This document shows positions 38,841 through 50,066 of a stretch of 64,000 nt of DNA, piece after piece. Source of the stretch: a virus (taxonomy: Duplodnaviria > Heunggongvirae > Uroviricota > Caudoviricetes); the IMG/VR virus record IMGVR_UViG_3300044557_000292, positions 323,388 through 387,387 of that record; one strand, 5' to 3'. Made by a program: the position numbers and the translations under genes. The stretch's first letter is position 1, and each line of letters opens with the position of its first letter. Below the pieces are notes generated by a model, which was not told the DNA's origin, ran no database searches, and saw nothing but the letters and a program-made list of their open reading frames with translations.

Positions 38841-39773
38841 TCACTGAACCTGATCGAAGACTGGATCATCATTTAGCGACTGGGATGAATCACCATTCTG
38901 ATTCAAAGTCTCATCGCCAGATCCCATTTCTGAAGGACCGGACTTGCCCCCAATCCCTGATAGCATGCTCGACATGACGCTGGTAACCGTGTTCTGTATT
39001 TGAGCCTGAGCGTATTGCTCGATGGCGTTCTTCTGCGCGTATACGTAGCCGAACGCGCCCAATGATGACAGTGATGTTAGCACAGCCACCAGGCCAAGGA
39101 CGGTGGCCTTCTTCACCTTCGCCATGTCTAGTATTCCAAGGAGCAGACCAATAACCGGGAAGAGAAGGATGATACATCCAGTCACCTCGAGGGATAATTT
39201 AAGATTCTTGGACAACAGGAGCATAGTCACCATGATAAAGAGAATGAACGCTGGTATGCTTACCAGTCCAAGAATAGCTCCAATGATGACACCATCACCA
39301 GGTCTACCTGATGATTGATCAGGGGGATTATTCTTGGAGGTCGTGGCAGATCCGAACCCGACTGGAGTTGCGCCTTTATCCTTCCTGCCGGAATGATTCC
39401 CACCGATGGGTTTAAATGCGTTATGGTCATGCTCTGAGCGTTGATCTTCACTCGTAGATGGTTCTGATTCTAGATGCCTACTAGCATAATCTATCCTGTT
39501 ATCAGAAGCATCAATCTTAGAGGTCGAGGGAACGGTGAATGCGGGCTGTTGTTCATAACGAGCAGCGTCATCCTGGTTGGTTTCCACGGGAGGCTCAATA
39601 CTGATGAGATCGTTCTGATCGAATCCCCCCGTCTGATAATCGTTCTGATTATCGTCTTCACTGAAAGATCCATTAAACGGATTAGTGTTAATACTGCTTC
39701 TCATATCATCAGTATGCTCTCCCATCTGATGATTCCTTTTCGGTAATGCCATAACCATATCCTCCCGGTTCAT
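38841..39773 (-). CDS. hypothetical membrane protein
   Basis: 310-aa ORF with 3-4 C-terminal TM helices. Confidence 0.45.
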   Translation of the reverse strand: MNREDMVMALPKRNHQMGEHTDDMRSSINTNPFNGSFSEDDNQNDYQTGGFDQNDLISIEPPVETNQDDAARYEQQPAFTVPSTSKIDASDNRIDYASRHLESEPSTSEDQRSEHDHNAFKPIGGNHSGRKDKGATPVGFGSATTSKNNPPDQSSGRPGDGVIIGAILGLVSIPAFILFIMVTMLLLSKNLKLSLEVTGCIILLFPVIGLLLGILDMAKVKKATVLGLVAVLTSLSSLGAFGYVYAQKNAIEQYAQAQIQNTVTSVMSSMLSGIGGKSGPSEMGSGDETLNQNGDSSQSLNDDPVFDQVQ

Positions 39774-39891
39774 GAGTAAAAATAATAGACGCCTGATTAC
39801 ACCATTAAGATATGTGCAATCAGGCGTCTACGGTGATGATCCAGGAATTTGATTCTAATGGGGGATAGTGAGGGCCACTATGGGGATTCGA

Positions 39892-40860
39892 TCAGTCCTC
39901 GTAATCATCCTCATCTTCGTAATCATCCTCGTAGTCATCATCATAATTCAAGGAGATGTCCTGCGTTGGATTCCTCGTGACGTTCAGAACCTCGTACTTG
40001 CAGACACGGAGCTTCTGGTACGCGGAGTCTACGGGGACGGAAACCACGTCGCCCGCGCTGAACGCGACGGTGAGGACGTAACCGTTCCCCCAGCTGTTAG
40101 CGTAATCCCACGTGCCAATGTGAAGACCAGGTGCGCATCCATTATTCGGATCATCGGTCACCTTGCTCTTTGGCATGGCGATAATCGACCCGATCTTATT
40201 CGGGATGTACCCATTGACCTCACGGAACTCCTTCTCGCCCTTCTCCTTCACAAGACCAAGACCTGACCTCTTTGAGAAGGGAACGCCGTCCATATCCTGC
40301 ACGCCCTTGTACCCAACGACACGACCATCATCAAGGAGCGTGAACCCATTCGTGCTATCATCCTCGAAGTTAGACTTCAACCATGAGAACAACTGGTCAC
40401 GAACATACTTCGTGTTATTCGAGTAGAGATCGTTCACGAATCTGAGAAGAGCTGTCCAGTTGCGATCAGAACCATCCGGGTCATCGGCCTCCGTGTGGAG
40501 GATGCGGAGGATCTCACGCTCGAGTACCTGGTCGATGGGCTCCCCGTCCATGAAGATCCTCTCGCCGCACCTCGTGAGCCTGTCATTGAGACCAAGAGAT
40601 TCAAGATGACCGGAGATCTTCTCCTCAACGATGGATGCGGCAGCCGTCGCGTTCAAGATGAGGTCGGCAAGATCCTCGGGGCTGCTCCCGTCCTCTATGG
40701 CTGATACGATCCCATCGAATACTGCCGTATCGCTAGATCCCCTCTGGATGCTGAACGTCTTCAGGGTGCCATCATCAAGTCTAATGATGCCATGAAGCTC
40801 GTCGTAATGCCCTTCCAGAACGTTATTGTTACCGCTAAGACTGGTGACTGTAGCCATCAT
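39892..40860 (-). CDS. hypothetical protein with acidic DDYEDDYEDEDDYED tail
   Basis: 322-aa ORF. Confidence 0.45.
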   Translation of the reverse strand: MMATVTSLSGNNNVLEGHYDELHGIIRLDDGTLKTFSIQRGSSDTAVFDGIVSAIEDGSSPEDLADLILNATAAASIVEEKISGHLESLGLNDRLTRCGERIFMDGEPIDQVLEREILRILHTEADDPDGSDRNWTALLRFVNDLYSNNTKYVRDQLFSWLKSNFEDDSTNGFTLLDDGRVVGYKGVQDMDGVPFSKRSGLGLVKEKGEKEFREVNGYIPNKIGSIIAMPKSKVTDDPNNGCAPGLHIGTWDYANSWGNGYVLTVAFSAGDVVSVPVDSAYQKLRVCKYEVLNVTRNPTQDISLNYDDDYEDDYEDEDDYED

Positions 40861-41001
40861 GACTCCTTACCGTTTCCATTAACATCTAATTGATTCCTGT
40901 TACATGTTCTATTATATCCAGTATGACTGGTTAAAGCAATTCAAGATCAATCACGTTACCAGTCATACGGTACCATATCATCCACAAGACGTGATGCGCA
41001 G

Positions 41002-43842
41002 TCACTCTGCCTTGTACCCGAGCTTGTCGACCTCATCCCACGCCTTGTCCTCATACTGCTTGAACCATGACAGGGCCGCGGTCAGAATCGAAGACTCTCC
41101 TCCCTTCTTGACAGCAATCCTCGGAGAGTCATCCCTCCATGAGTAGCTGAAAATCCTAAGGAAGAATACGAGATCAGGGTTAGTACGATCAATGTCGTCA
41201 ATGATCTTAGTCAACTCCCAGTGATAAAGAGCAGTCCTGACAGCACCCCTAATCAACTTGTCCTCGGTATTCTTCCATATCATATCCGCGATTCCGAGAA
41301 TATCGTCAGGCGCACTGGCAATGTTGAAGATCTTCCGCATGAGACTAGCATAATCATCAGACTTGTCCTCGTAGTCGCGATCATCCTCAATTGAGATTAC
41401 CTCATCGATCACGCCCAACGAAGAACCGTACGAGAAGATCCTAGGATCAGACAACGCGTCCACGATAGTATCGCGCCAAGTGTCAGGATGCCCGCAGATC
41501 ACGTCATCCCTGAATTTGGCGGATGATTCAGCGTATGGCACTGATTGAGCTGTCTTCATGGACTTGAAGCGCCTGATTCTACCAGTCACGCTGTCACTGA
41601 TGAAGATCTTGTCATACCCGGTCAAGGGCTCAAGATCAGCAGCCTTGATCTTAGCGATATCAGAGATGACTACGATATCGTGACCGTTGAACACGTCTGG
41701 GTTCTCGACCATTCTCCTGAAGATTCCAATCATCGAGTTGAAGGAATTACTGTAAGAGAAGAAGACGATGCTGCCGCCACGCACGAGATCTTTGAACGTG
41801 ACCTCTTCCACCGCCTTGAGATCATTCCTCCTCAACAGGTTCATGGCCCGCTCCTCCACTCCGAGGCCACCGTTCCCCTCAACAAGAGCAGGGACTCGCG
41901 TCTTCACAACAGCAGGAGTGGTCTTCTTCACCACCGACTTCTTCACGATGAGATCGTCAGCATCAACGACGCCCATCCACTTGACGCCAGCATCAATGGC
42001 CGCATCCCTGAACCCGTCGAAATGACCGTCTGGATATGATCCATTAGCAATGCAGCAGTAAATCTGGCACGCATTGTCATTATCGTCATAATTCTCGCGG
42101 ATCCAATTCCTCAGTCTACCGAACGATTTAGACCCGTCAAAGCCCCCAGTGACGACCAAGGCCTTGACTGCCTTAGCGCGATAATTCCTCGGGATATGAT
42201 GGAACGCGGACTTCATCCAGTCGATCGGAACCTTCAACACGCCCGATGTCAGGTATGATCCACCCTCCTTCCTTACCACAGATGACACCTTCGATAGGTT
42301 AAAAGTAAGGGCCTTGGCACGAAGACGCGCCTCGTAGTCCATATCATCATTCAATACGGAGTTCAGGCTCGATATGGATCCATCAGCGAACTCATACTTG
42401 ACGTAATTGTGATCGTCGTCACTCTTCTCGTTATGGGCTAGTGGAACCCCGTATCCAATCGTAGATGCTATCGACGGCCGCTTCTCGGAAAGATAATACG
42501 GGGTCACGGTGAGATTAAGAACCGTATCAAATGACTCCACGATCTTATCATGATCATGCACGGCGACCTCGTCAGGCCAGATCTCGCGCAGCCTATCAAG
42601 AATAGAGGAGGCGACCTTCTCGTCATCAAGATCAACGATATTTTCAATAATGATTGACCTATCGGAAACGGGAACATTCCCCCATATTCTTGATATTGAC
42701 CTCCCGTCGAGAGGATGACTCTTATTCGAGTTGAGCGGAAGGTCAAGCCCACTATTGACTGCCGCGATAAGACTCTTGAACCTGTCGTTACGCTTGATCT
42801 CATCACGAGACGGAGGGAAGTCGACCACGCCAGGCTGGATCTCCAGGAGGAATCGGGTAGACCCAACAGAATTAAGATTATACTTCCATCCCATGAGCGA
42901 TATTGACACGTAGCGTTCGGCGAAAGATCCATCAGACCAGTACCAGTTAGTATTAATACTAGCCGAGAGCCAACTGGAGAAAGCACTGCCAATGTTCTCA
43001 CTGCCACCATAGACATTACCGCGGTTAACATAAAGCTTACCGTTGATCGGCTTCCCATCGCTGTCCATAGCGACTGGAATGTCTATGAGATGCGTCCACG
43101 CCTTATCAAAGTCCGCGGAAGCAGGTTTACCGTCAATACTCAGCGGAATATCGGGGGTAGCGTATCTCGCGTACTGGCTAATGACGGTATTGAACTTCTC
43201 AACGTCCTCAGGGCGAACTGGAATCTCGACCCGCGTCCCATTAGGCTCGTCCGTGCTGCCATCGAAGATCGTCTCGGCCTCATTCACGTGCTCACCACGA
43301 TTCAGGGTGAGCACGATCTTACGCCCATCCCTCACGGTGGACACCACGCACGTTGTCGTATAGGCGAGCGGGGCCTTAGCGCCAAGACCCTTGCTTCCAG
43401 TAGCGCCCATGTCGTTGATCTTGGTGGAATTACCATAATCGGCGAAGTTCGCGTAGATCTGGCTCCTCGTCATGCCCACGCCGTGATCCTCAACAATGAA
43501 CGTCGGGCTGAATGAGGACGGCGGGTGAATGTCAACGTTGGGGGCATCAACCCCCTCATTCCTCGCGAGGATGGTAGCATCAATAGCGTTAGACACGGTC
43601 TCCCTGATCGATGCTGATATTGGATCTGAGTAGAGGTCAGTGAGCTGTTGAATGATCATCTGCAGGACATCACCGCTGATCGTCATGGTGTGCTTGCTCA
43701 CTGACTCCCCGATGAAGCTCACCGTCTTGTGACCAGTGACGGCCTCATTGCTCTTAGAGAGCGTGGTAAGCTGGCTAGCTTCCTGTTCCATAAGTTGACG
43801 ACTCCCATCTGTTCGTTTCCGGATAGCTCTATCATAACACAA
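41002..43842 (-). CDS. GHKL-superfamily ATPase, Hsp90-like N-terminal domain (946 aa)
   Basis: N-box IRETVSNAIDAT (ExxxNxxDA), G1 IVEDHGVGMT, G2 GATGSKGLGAKA; the flanking sequence QQLTDLYSDPISASIRETVSNAIDA parallels Hsp90 [27 protein letters not shown]. Confidence 0.6.
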   Translation of the reverse strand: MCYDRAIRKRTDGSRQLMEQEASQLTTLSKSNEAVTGHKTVSFIGESVSKHTMTISGDVLQMIIQQLTDLYSDPISASIRETVSNAIDATILARNEGVDAPNVDIHPPSSFSPTFIVEDHGVGMTRSQIYANFADYGNSTKINDMGATGSKGLGAKAPLAYTTTCVVSTVRDGRKIVLTLNRGEHVNEAETIFDGSTDEPNGTRVEIPVRPEDVEKFNTVISQYARYATPDIPLSIDGKPASADFDKAWTHLIDIPVAMDSDGKPINGKLYVNRGNVYGGSENIGSAFSSWLSASINTNWYWSDGSFAERYVSISLMGWKYNLNSVGSTRFLLEIQPGVVDFPPSRDEIKRNDRFKSLIAAVNSGLDLPLNSNKSHPLDGRSISRIWGNVPVSDRSIIIENIVDLDDEKVASSILDRLREIWPDEVAVHDHDKIVESFDTVLNLTVTPYYLSEKRPSIASTIGYGVPLAHNEKSDDDHNYVKYEFADGSISSLNSVLNDDMDYEARLRAKALTFNLSKVSSVVRKEGGSYLTSGVLKVPIDWMKSAFHHIPRNYRAKAVKALVVTGGFDGSKSFGRLRNWIRENYDDNDNACQIYCCIANGSYPDGHFDGFRDAAIDAGVKWMGVVDADDLIVKKSVVKKTTPAVVKTRVPALVEGNGGLGVEERAMNLLRRNDLKAVEEVTFKDLVRGGSIVFFSYSNSFNSMIGIFRRMVENPDVFNGHDIVVISDIAKIKAADLEPLTGYDKIFISDSVTGRIRRFKSMKTAQSVPYAESSAKFRDDVICGHPDTWRDTIVDALSDPRIFSYGSSLGVIDEVISIEDDRDYEDKSDDYASLMRKIFNIASAPDDILGIADMIWKNTEDKLIRGAVRTALYHWELTKIIDDIDRTNPDLVFFLRIFSYSWRDDSPRIAVKKGGESSILTAALSWFKQYEDKAWDEVDKLGYKAE

Positions 43843-44117
43843 GATGATGACAAGGTGAAACAGGCGTTTTAGATCCCCACATGGATGATGACCAGTTCAT
43901 GCCAAGGTACATTCAAGCATAGATGCGAGGTAAGACCCCCAATTATCGTGAATGGTAATCAGAAGGATATCGCTTATATGCTTGACCTCAACAGCGCGTC
44001 ACGCTGAGCGCATGATCGCGTAGTACGCATGGCTTAATCCACTTGGAAGATGAGATCAGCATCACGGGCCTGCCACCAGTAGTCATGAATTCTAGTCATT
44101 CATAGCAACGTGAAGAC

Positions 44118-44215
44118 GATCTTACAATTGTGATCTTACAATTGACAAGACCAGTAAGAATTGATATTTTTAACCTGATAACAATTAACAGTTACCGTAC
44201 AAGGAGAAAGCATTC
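44118..44215 (+). promoter_or_regulatory. candidate promoter with tandem operator-like repeat upstream of the LemA operon
   Basis: Tandem gatcttacaattg x2 (44118-44144) overlapping TTGACA (44142-44147), N17, TATTTT (44165-44170); AAGGAG 9 nt upstream of the ATG at 44216. Confidence 0.35.
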
Positions 44216-44809
44216 ATGTCAAACACATCATCTAGCCCGTTAGGACTCAATAAGAAGTCTTCAATCATCGGATCAATCGTGATTGTGGTCATCGTAGTCA
44301 TCATAGGATTCTTCCTGGCCGCCCAGGGCGCTAAGAACTCTGCCATCAAGCAGGAGAATCTCATTGATCGTGAACAGGCGAACGTTCAGACCATCGTGCA
44401 GAAGCGTGTTGACGCCCTCACCGAGATGATCAACACGGTCAAAGCGTCCTCAAAATTTGAGCAGGACACGCTCACCAAGCTGACCGACGCGCGGAGTAAG
44501 GCCGCCGAGGGCGACATCGAGGGCAGTGCTACCATCTTGAGGGCGACCGCGGAGGCGTACCCCGAGTTGAAGAGCATCGACCTGTACTCGCAGGTGAACC
44601 AGGAGACCGTGACTGTTGAGAATCAATTGTCTAATGAACGTCAGGCGTATAACACGTCTGTCCGTGACTATAAGAATAAGACGCAGACCTTCCCGAACAG
44701 CTCACTATTATCCATAGCCGGGTACACTCCCAAGGACTACAAGCTGTTCACAGCGTCGTCAAGCGCGCAGAGTTATGACCCGTCAACAAGTAATCTTTGG
44801 AATGACTGA
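44216..44809 (+). CDS. lemA: LemA family protein
   Basis: N-terminal TM plus LemA signature (...AYPELKS...QLSNERQAYNTSVRDYKNKTQTFPNS). Confidence 0.8.
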   Translation: MSNTSSSPLGLNKKSSIIGSIVIVVIVVIIGFFLAAQGAKNSAIKQENLIDREQANVQTIVQKRVDALTEMINTVKASSKFEQDTLTKLTDARSKAAEGDIEGSATILRATAEAYPELKSIDLYSQVNQETVTVENQLSNERQAYNTSVRDYKNKTQTFPNSSLLSIAGYTPKDYKLFTASSSAQSYDPSTSNLWND

Positions 44810-44878
44810 TCAAATCCTAAGCAAACATCTACCCGGCCTAATAGGATAACCTTCCTATCAAGAGAAAAGTGAAGCATT

Positions 44879-45694
44879 ATGAGCTCATTCATAGCAAAGC
44901 TCAAGGGAAGAACATTCCTCATCTTATCCGGTATCGTCGTAGCGTGGTTGATACTGACCATCATACTCACCGTTTCCATCAATGCTTGGAAGGATCATGA
45001 TTCCGATGTCAGGAGTAAGATCATATCAGGTCTTACCGTGACCACAACTAAAGATCTTGCGTGGCAGGTGAAGACAGACGCCGGGGAACTCGTCGTTCAG
45101 GGAGAGGTGACCATACCAAAAGATCAGTGCGTTGGGTTCAGCGAGATGGACGGCTCCATCTGCGCGGGGTCGGTAAGGAAGGTCAAGGAGGTCTATACTC
45201 GACACGAGCAAGTGTATGGCTGCGGGACAAGCAAGCATCCTAGGTCCTGCACGAGGGTCTACTGGACTTGGGATTATGCTGGCGAGGATCAGGTGGATGC
45301 ATCAAAGGCCAAAATTCTGGGGATGACCATGCCGTACGGTTATCTTAGACCAGGGTTAAGGGATGTTAGCCCAGCAGCAATTGGAATCCACGGGTGCATG
45401 ACACGATACTGTTACGGTGGGTTCGCTAACCATACGAGGTACTCGTACGAGTACGTGCCATCATCGTACTCAGGGGTAGCATTCCTTGATGCTGAAGCGT
45501 CTGGTCTGGGGAGTTTCACTGGATTTGACGAGGGGGCTACCGCCAACAGTGTGAAGAATGACGCTCTCCACCCGAGCGCCGCCCCGGGCGTAGTGTTCTG
45601 GATCGTTGAGGTACTACTTCTCACTGGGGCTGGCGTCGTAGGGTACTTCATCGTCCGAAGTGACGTTGATGATGGCAATGACGATGGATTCTGA
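44879..45694 (+). CDS. membrane protein co-encoded with LemA
   Basis: 271 aa; N-terminal and C-terminal TM helices; follows lemA with a 70-nt gap. Confidence 0.5.
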   Translation: MSSFIAKLKGRTFLILSGIVVAWLILTIILTVSINAWKDHDSDVRSKIISGLTVTTTKDLAWQVKTDAGELVVQGEVTIPKDQCVGFSEMDGSICAGSVRKVKEVYTRHEQVYGCGTSKHPRSCTRVYWTWDYAGEDQVDASKAKILGMTMPYGYLRPGLRDVSPAAIGIHGCMTRYCYGGFANHTRYSYEYVPSSYSGVAFLDAEASGLGSFTGFDEGATANSVKNDALHPSAAPGVVFWIVEVLLLTGAGVVGYFIVRSDVDDGNDDGF

Positions 45695-45756
45695 CAGCAA
45701 TGATGACAGTCGCCAAATCATCCTAAAGATAGGAATCTGGCGATGACTATAGCCCG

Positions 45757-45915
45757 TCAGATTCAACTATCATCAGAACACAACGATCTACTGTACTTCT
45801 GATGATAATCTTAACGATGATGCTTGGAAAAGCGTCCTCATGTATAACGTTACTTCCTGAGCGCTGAATCGTCATAGAATCACGAGATCTTGAATTCCAT
45901 CGTTGCACTATTCTT
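45757..45915. repeat. copy 2 of the ~160-bp conserved noncoding element (see 423..585)
   Basis: Perfect 11-bp stem tatcatcagaa/ttctgatgata with an 18-nt loop. Confidence 0.6.
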
Positions 45916-46042
45916 CGTCCTAGGAGAACGTGAAGGTTTGGGTCATGACCCTACAAGAACCACGGATCATTTGAATCTTATGATGCCTTGCGTTACTATG
46001 ATTCCTGTTACGAGAGAATGAAAAAGGAAAGCGTGCTACATC

Positions 46043-46636
46043 ATGGAAAAAGCGACATTGAGATCAGACCCCTCGAAGACAGTTAAAGCGCTCATTGCCT
46101 CCGTGGGCAGATCTGTAAGTGGATCTGATAGGGTAAGCCCGCTCATCCTTGTCAGGGATCTCAGTATTCCAGTGACCAGGAGCGTTAAGGTGAATGGGCT
46201 TCATGTAGATGCCGTCGCGTTGTATGATAAAGACGGGGTATTCCAGATTGTGCTCAGGACCGACGTCACAAACGTTGAGGCCGTGATCCTGGTATCGGAC
46301 GCCCTTGGAGTCTATTGCCTGCATGGTCAGAACAAGCCGGGTGAGCACACTGGTCTTTACGGGCTCAAATTTGATGACCAGTCAGCAACCCCAGTCCAGA
46401 AGTGGCTTCGAAGGTTCACGTCAGAGATGGTCATGCCAGAAGACGTCGTGGCAGCACGTTGGGCGGCAGGTGACACTATCATTAAGATGGCCCGCAGGTT
46501 CGGGGTGACCTCGAAGATCATGGAGGATAGGCTCAAAGATCTTGATCTTATGGCTTCTAAGAGCAAGTTCAAGAGGATCGGGAGCGTGATGAGGAATAAG
46601 GACGCGAGGGAATCTACTTGGAATCGAGAATATTAA
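46043..46636 (+). CDS. hypothetical protein (possible C-terminal HTH)
   Basis: 197-aa ORF on the plus strand. Confidence 0.45.
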   Translation: MEKATLRSDPSKTVKALIASVGRSVSGSDRVSPLILVRDLSIPVTRSVKVNGLHVDAVALYDKDGVFQIVLRTDVTNVEAVILVSDALGVYCLHGQNKPGEHTGLYGLKFDDQSATPVQKWLRRFTSEMVMPEDVVAARWAAGDTIIKMARRFGVTSKIMEDRLKDLDLMASKSKFKRIGSVMRNKDARESTWNREY

Positions 46637-46795
46637 GGATTGCTGCTCTGAGAAATTGAGGGGCTCATCATACCTGATCTCGCAAGGATGGAATCCACGG
46701 GCCGCCTTATCCATGGGGCTGTCCTAGTCCTCGCCACGGGAGCCGGGCGTGCTAGCTATCCTCTACCACCTCACCGACCCCCGATAGGAATCGTA

Positions 46796-49024
46796 TCATA
46801 GCTGGCACGATATGCACTCGCTCACATTGTCAACCTCAGTGCCGCCAAGAGCAGCCTGACGCAAGCGCATGTAATAGAGCGTCTTTATCCCGTGTGACCA
46901 TGCGTACACGTAATTCTTCACCACATCCCTCGTGGTGGCCGTGTCAGGATAGAAGAGCGTGAGGCTCATGCCCTGATCAACATACGGTTGCGCGGTAGCA
47001 TACGTGTCGATGATCGCCCTCGGCCCGATCTGGTACGCATCCCCGTACTCATTCACGTTCTCATTCGTGAGACCGTAAGCTGGATAGTACACCCTTCCAG
47101 TCTTACCCTCCTTACGGATCTCGATGGCCGCGGCCACGGGGTGAATGCTAGATGTAGAGCCGTTGATATACGAGATAGAACCCGTAGGTGGAACGGCCTG
47201 CAGGTAAGCGTTGAATATGCCGTCACGCTTGACCTCATCCCTCAACTCCTCCCACTCCCTTACCGTTGGGACGCCCACGTGGTACTCACCGAAAATACGA
47301 GCAATCTTATCCGTCTTGAATGGCTTAGTTCTACTCGTGAACCGCTCGAAGTATGATCCATCAGCATACTCTGATTCTTCGAATCCTTGGAATCTCCCAC
47401 CGCGTTCCACTGCAAGCTCGTGACTGGCCTTGATAGCATGATAAGCAACTGTTCTGAAGTAAGCGTCAACGAAGTCAAGGGCTTCCGGGGATCCGTACTG
47501 GATGCCGTGACTCATGAGGAACCCGTGAAGGTTCATCTCCCCGAGGCCAATCGTATGCCTAGTCTCATTGGCCTTCTTGAGTGACGGAACACTGCCTGCA
47601 TCTGTAAGCTCTGAAACAGCCGTGAGGGACCTGATGGCCGTGTTGATCGTGCCACCAAGATCACCCGACTCGAACGCCTTGGCAATATTCAGTGATCCCA
47701 GGTTGCAGGACACGTCAAGACCGATCTTATCGTATGAAAGATCCTCAGCATACTCTGATGGTTCCTGCGACTGGATTATCTCCGAGCAGAGGTTACTCTG
47801 CGTGATTCGACCCGGTATTGGGTTCTCCCTGTTAGCCGTGTCCTCGAATAGGATGTACGGGTAGCCCGACTCGAACTGGATCTCCGCTATCGTGGTGAAC
47901 AGCTTGCGCACATTCACATGACCCCTGACCACACGGGAGTCATTGGCAAGCTCATCATAATGATCACTCACCCCAATGTCAGCAAGACTCCTCCCATAAT
48001 ACTTCTGCAGCTCGTAGGGGCTGAACAGGGCCATGTCCTTATTCTCCCTCGCCAGCCTGAACGCAACGTCTGGCACAACGATTCCAAGGGATAGTGTCTT
48101 GATACGGATCTTCTCGTCAGCATTCTCCCTCTTCGTGTCGAGGAATCTCAGAATGTCGGGGTGATTCAAGTGAAGATACACGGCACCTGCCCCCTGACGG
48201 GCTCCAAGCTGGTTCGCGTAGGAGAATGAGTCCTCAAGGATCTTCATCACGGGAACCACTCCAGACGACTGATTCTCGATACCCTTGATTGGCGCACCCT
48301 GCTCACGCAGATTACTCAGACCGAGAGCAACACCACCACCCCTCTTTGAGAGTTGGAGCGCAGAGTTAATATTCCTCCCAATGCTTTCCATATTGTCCTC
48401 AGTGCGGAGGAGGTAACAAGACACGTACTCCCCACGGCGAACCTTACCCGCGTTCAGGAATGTTGGTGTTGCTGGTTGATACCTCCCAGTGATTATAGAC
48501 TCAGCGATCTTCAATGCGAAGTCATCATCACCCCGTGCTAGCTTGAGGGCGACGGCCGTCGCCCTCTCCACGAAATCCTCAAGGTACGTCTTACCGTCAC
48601 TAGTCCTCATCGAGTACTGCTGATAGAACTTGTAGACACCCATGAATGACCCGAATGCCGTCCATAGCGAGCGCCCCCTACTATGAATCTCGTCAATGAA
48701 TCCATCATCATACTCATCCACAAGATCACGTTCATAGTAACCGTTATCAACCAGCCAGTGGTATCGTTCATGCTCAGAGCCAAACCTCCTCGTGTTCGGC
48801 TCGACCTCTGATATGAGGTAGGCCTGCTCAGCCTCCCAGTCCCTATCAAATTGGATAGTACGATCATCACCCCATATGTTCAACATCGAGTTCAAAGCAC
48901 GTGGATCTAGCCCTTCCTTAAGATCCTTCCTCGCCCTCTCCCTTAACTCTTCAATAGACACTTCTGACTGATTCCTACTACTCATACCGATCCTATCTCC
49001 TCCTTCAACTGCTTGTTGTCTCAC
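46796..49024 (-). CDS. nrdE: class Ib ribonucleotide reductase alpha subunit
   Basis: 742 aa; motifs [20 protein letters not shown]; C-terminal CISCQL. Confidence 0.9.
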   Translation of the reverse strand: MRQQAVEGGDRIGMSSRNQSEVSIEELRERARKDLKEGLDPRALNSMLNIWGDDRTIQFDRDWEAEQAYLISEVEPNTRRFGSEHERYHWLVDNGYYERDLVDEYDDGFIDEIHSRGRSLWTAFGSFMGVYKFYQQYSMRTSDGKTYLEDFVERATAVALKLARGDDDFALKIAESIITGRYQPATPTFLNAGKVRRGEYVSCYLLRTEDNMESIGRNINSALQLSKRGGGVALGLSNLREQGAPIKGIENQSSGVVPVMKILEDSFSYANQLGARQGAGAVYLHLNHPDILRFLDTKRENADEKIRIKTLSLGIVVPDVAFRLARENKDMALFSPYELQKYYGRSLADIGVSDHYDELANDSRVVRGHVNVRKLFTTIAEIQFESGYPYILFEDTANRENPIPGRITQSNLCSEIIQSQEPSEYAEDLSYDKIGLDVSCNLGSLNIAKAFESGDLGGTINTAIRSLTAVSELTDAGSVPSLKKANETRHTIGLGEMNLHGFLMSHGIQYGSPEALDFVDAYFRTVAYHAIKASHELAVERGGRFQGFEESEYADGSYFERFTSRTKPFKTDKIARIFGEYHVGVPTVREWEELRDEVKRDGIFNAYLQAVPPTGSISYINGSTSSIHPVAAAIEIRKEGKTGRVYYPAYGLTNENVNEYGDAYQIGPRAIIDTYATAQPYVDQGMSLTLFYPDTATTRDVVKNYVYAWSHGIKTLYYMRLRQAALGGTEVDNVSECISCQL

Positions 49025-49272
49025 CCCGTTCCCTCTGGAACGGTAATAGGTTATCTAACTCTTATTAGCATGATGCTATCATGTGAAGACCCCTCATATC
49101 CATCATGAGGAGCATGATACCCGGCAAGCCGCTCAATGATCAGTAGCTATTAGCTGATCTTCAAACATAAGCATCAATCTAATGTGACTATTGTCACACG
49201 ATTCCTCGATAGTCAAGAGACTCCCCGGACCATCAGATAATGACGAACGGGTTCTAATCCCCAATGAGATCA

Positions 49273-49689
49273 TTAATGATCAATATGAGCGAAGTACGTT
49301 TCTAAGCCTATAGTCACGGCCTCCCTGTCCTCATCTGTCCCCATGAGCTCGAAGCGGTACAGCACTGGAACGTGGAATCGAGCGGAGATCACATCCCCGG
49401 CCTTCGCATAATACTCACCGAAGTTAAGATTGCCAGACGATATGACGCCTCGCATCAACCCCGAATGCTCCTTTAGGAATCTCTTCACCTGAACTGGTAC
49501 CGCGTTCCCGGGAGTCCCTCCACCATATGTTGGCACGATGAGAACATATGGCCTGTCAACGACTGGTTCAGGGTCCGTCTTCCTCAAGGGTATCCTAGCC
49601 ACAGGAATCTTGAACCCGCATGATTCCACGAACCGCTTCGTATTCTCTGAGACTGAAGAGAAGTAGACAATCATTCCATCAACAGCCAT
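49273..49689 (-). CDS. nrdI: NrdI flavodoxin-like protein
   Basis: [15 protein letters not shown]...[10 protein letters not shown]...; immediately upstream of nrdE. Confidence 0.8.
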   Translation of the reverse strand: MAVDGMIVYFSSVSENTKRFVESCGFKIPVARIPLRKTDPEPVVDRPYVLIVPTYGGGTPGNAVPVQVKRFLKEHSGLMRGVISSGNLNFGEYYAKAGDVISARFHVPVLYRFELMGTDEDREAVTIGLETYFAHIDH

Positions 49690-49692
49690 TGG

Positions 49693-50022
49693 TCAGTTCA
49701 CCCCTCTCATTACCATCGGGTGATTGAGTGGAGCGCTGACAAGATGAGGAGCATCTTCCTCACCATCACTGATACCATCAGATAGGCCAACAGCCCTCAT
49801 CGTGCGTGACGATAACGTAAGACCCCTTGCATTCCTACCTTTAGAGTAGGCTTTGAGGACAGCCTTGTACCCACGACTGTAATCATCACAGTAACTAGAC
49901 CTCATTGACTCTGGAAGATCAGTACTCACATCCTCCAATCGCCTGGCCAGCATCCATTCCATTCTAGAACGGATCGTCTTGCATGATATGACCTCACTAC
50001 TAAACCGAATCATAGTGATCAT
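49693..50022 (-). CDS. hypothetical protein (occupies the nrdH position but has no CxxC)
   Basis: 109-aa ORF. Confidence 0.4.
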   Translation of the reverse strand: MITMIRFSSEVISCKTIRSRMEWMLARRLEDVSTDLPESMRSSYCDDYSRGYKAVLKAYSKGRNARGLTLSSRTMRAVGLSDGISDGEEDAPHLVSAPLNHPMVMRGVN

Positions 50023-50066
50023 TCCTCCTTATCTTAATGATTGACGGGCGCGCTTTCATGATACTA

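Noticed and set aside
49693-50022. NrdH glutaredoxin-like protein upstream of nrdI
   Set aside because: The 109-aa product has no CxxC redox motif and no thioredoxin-fold pattern
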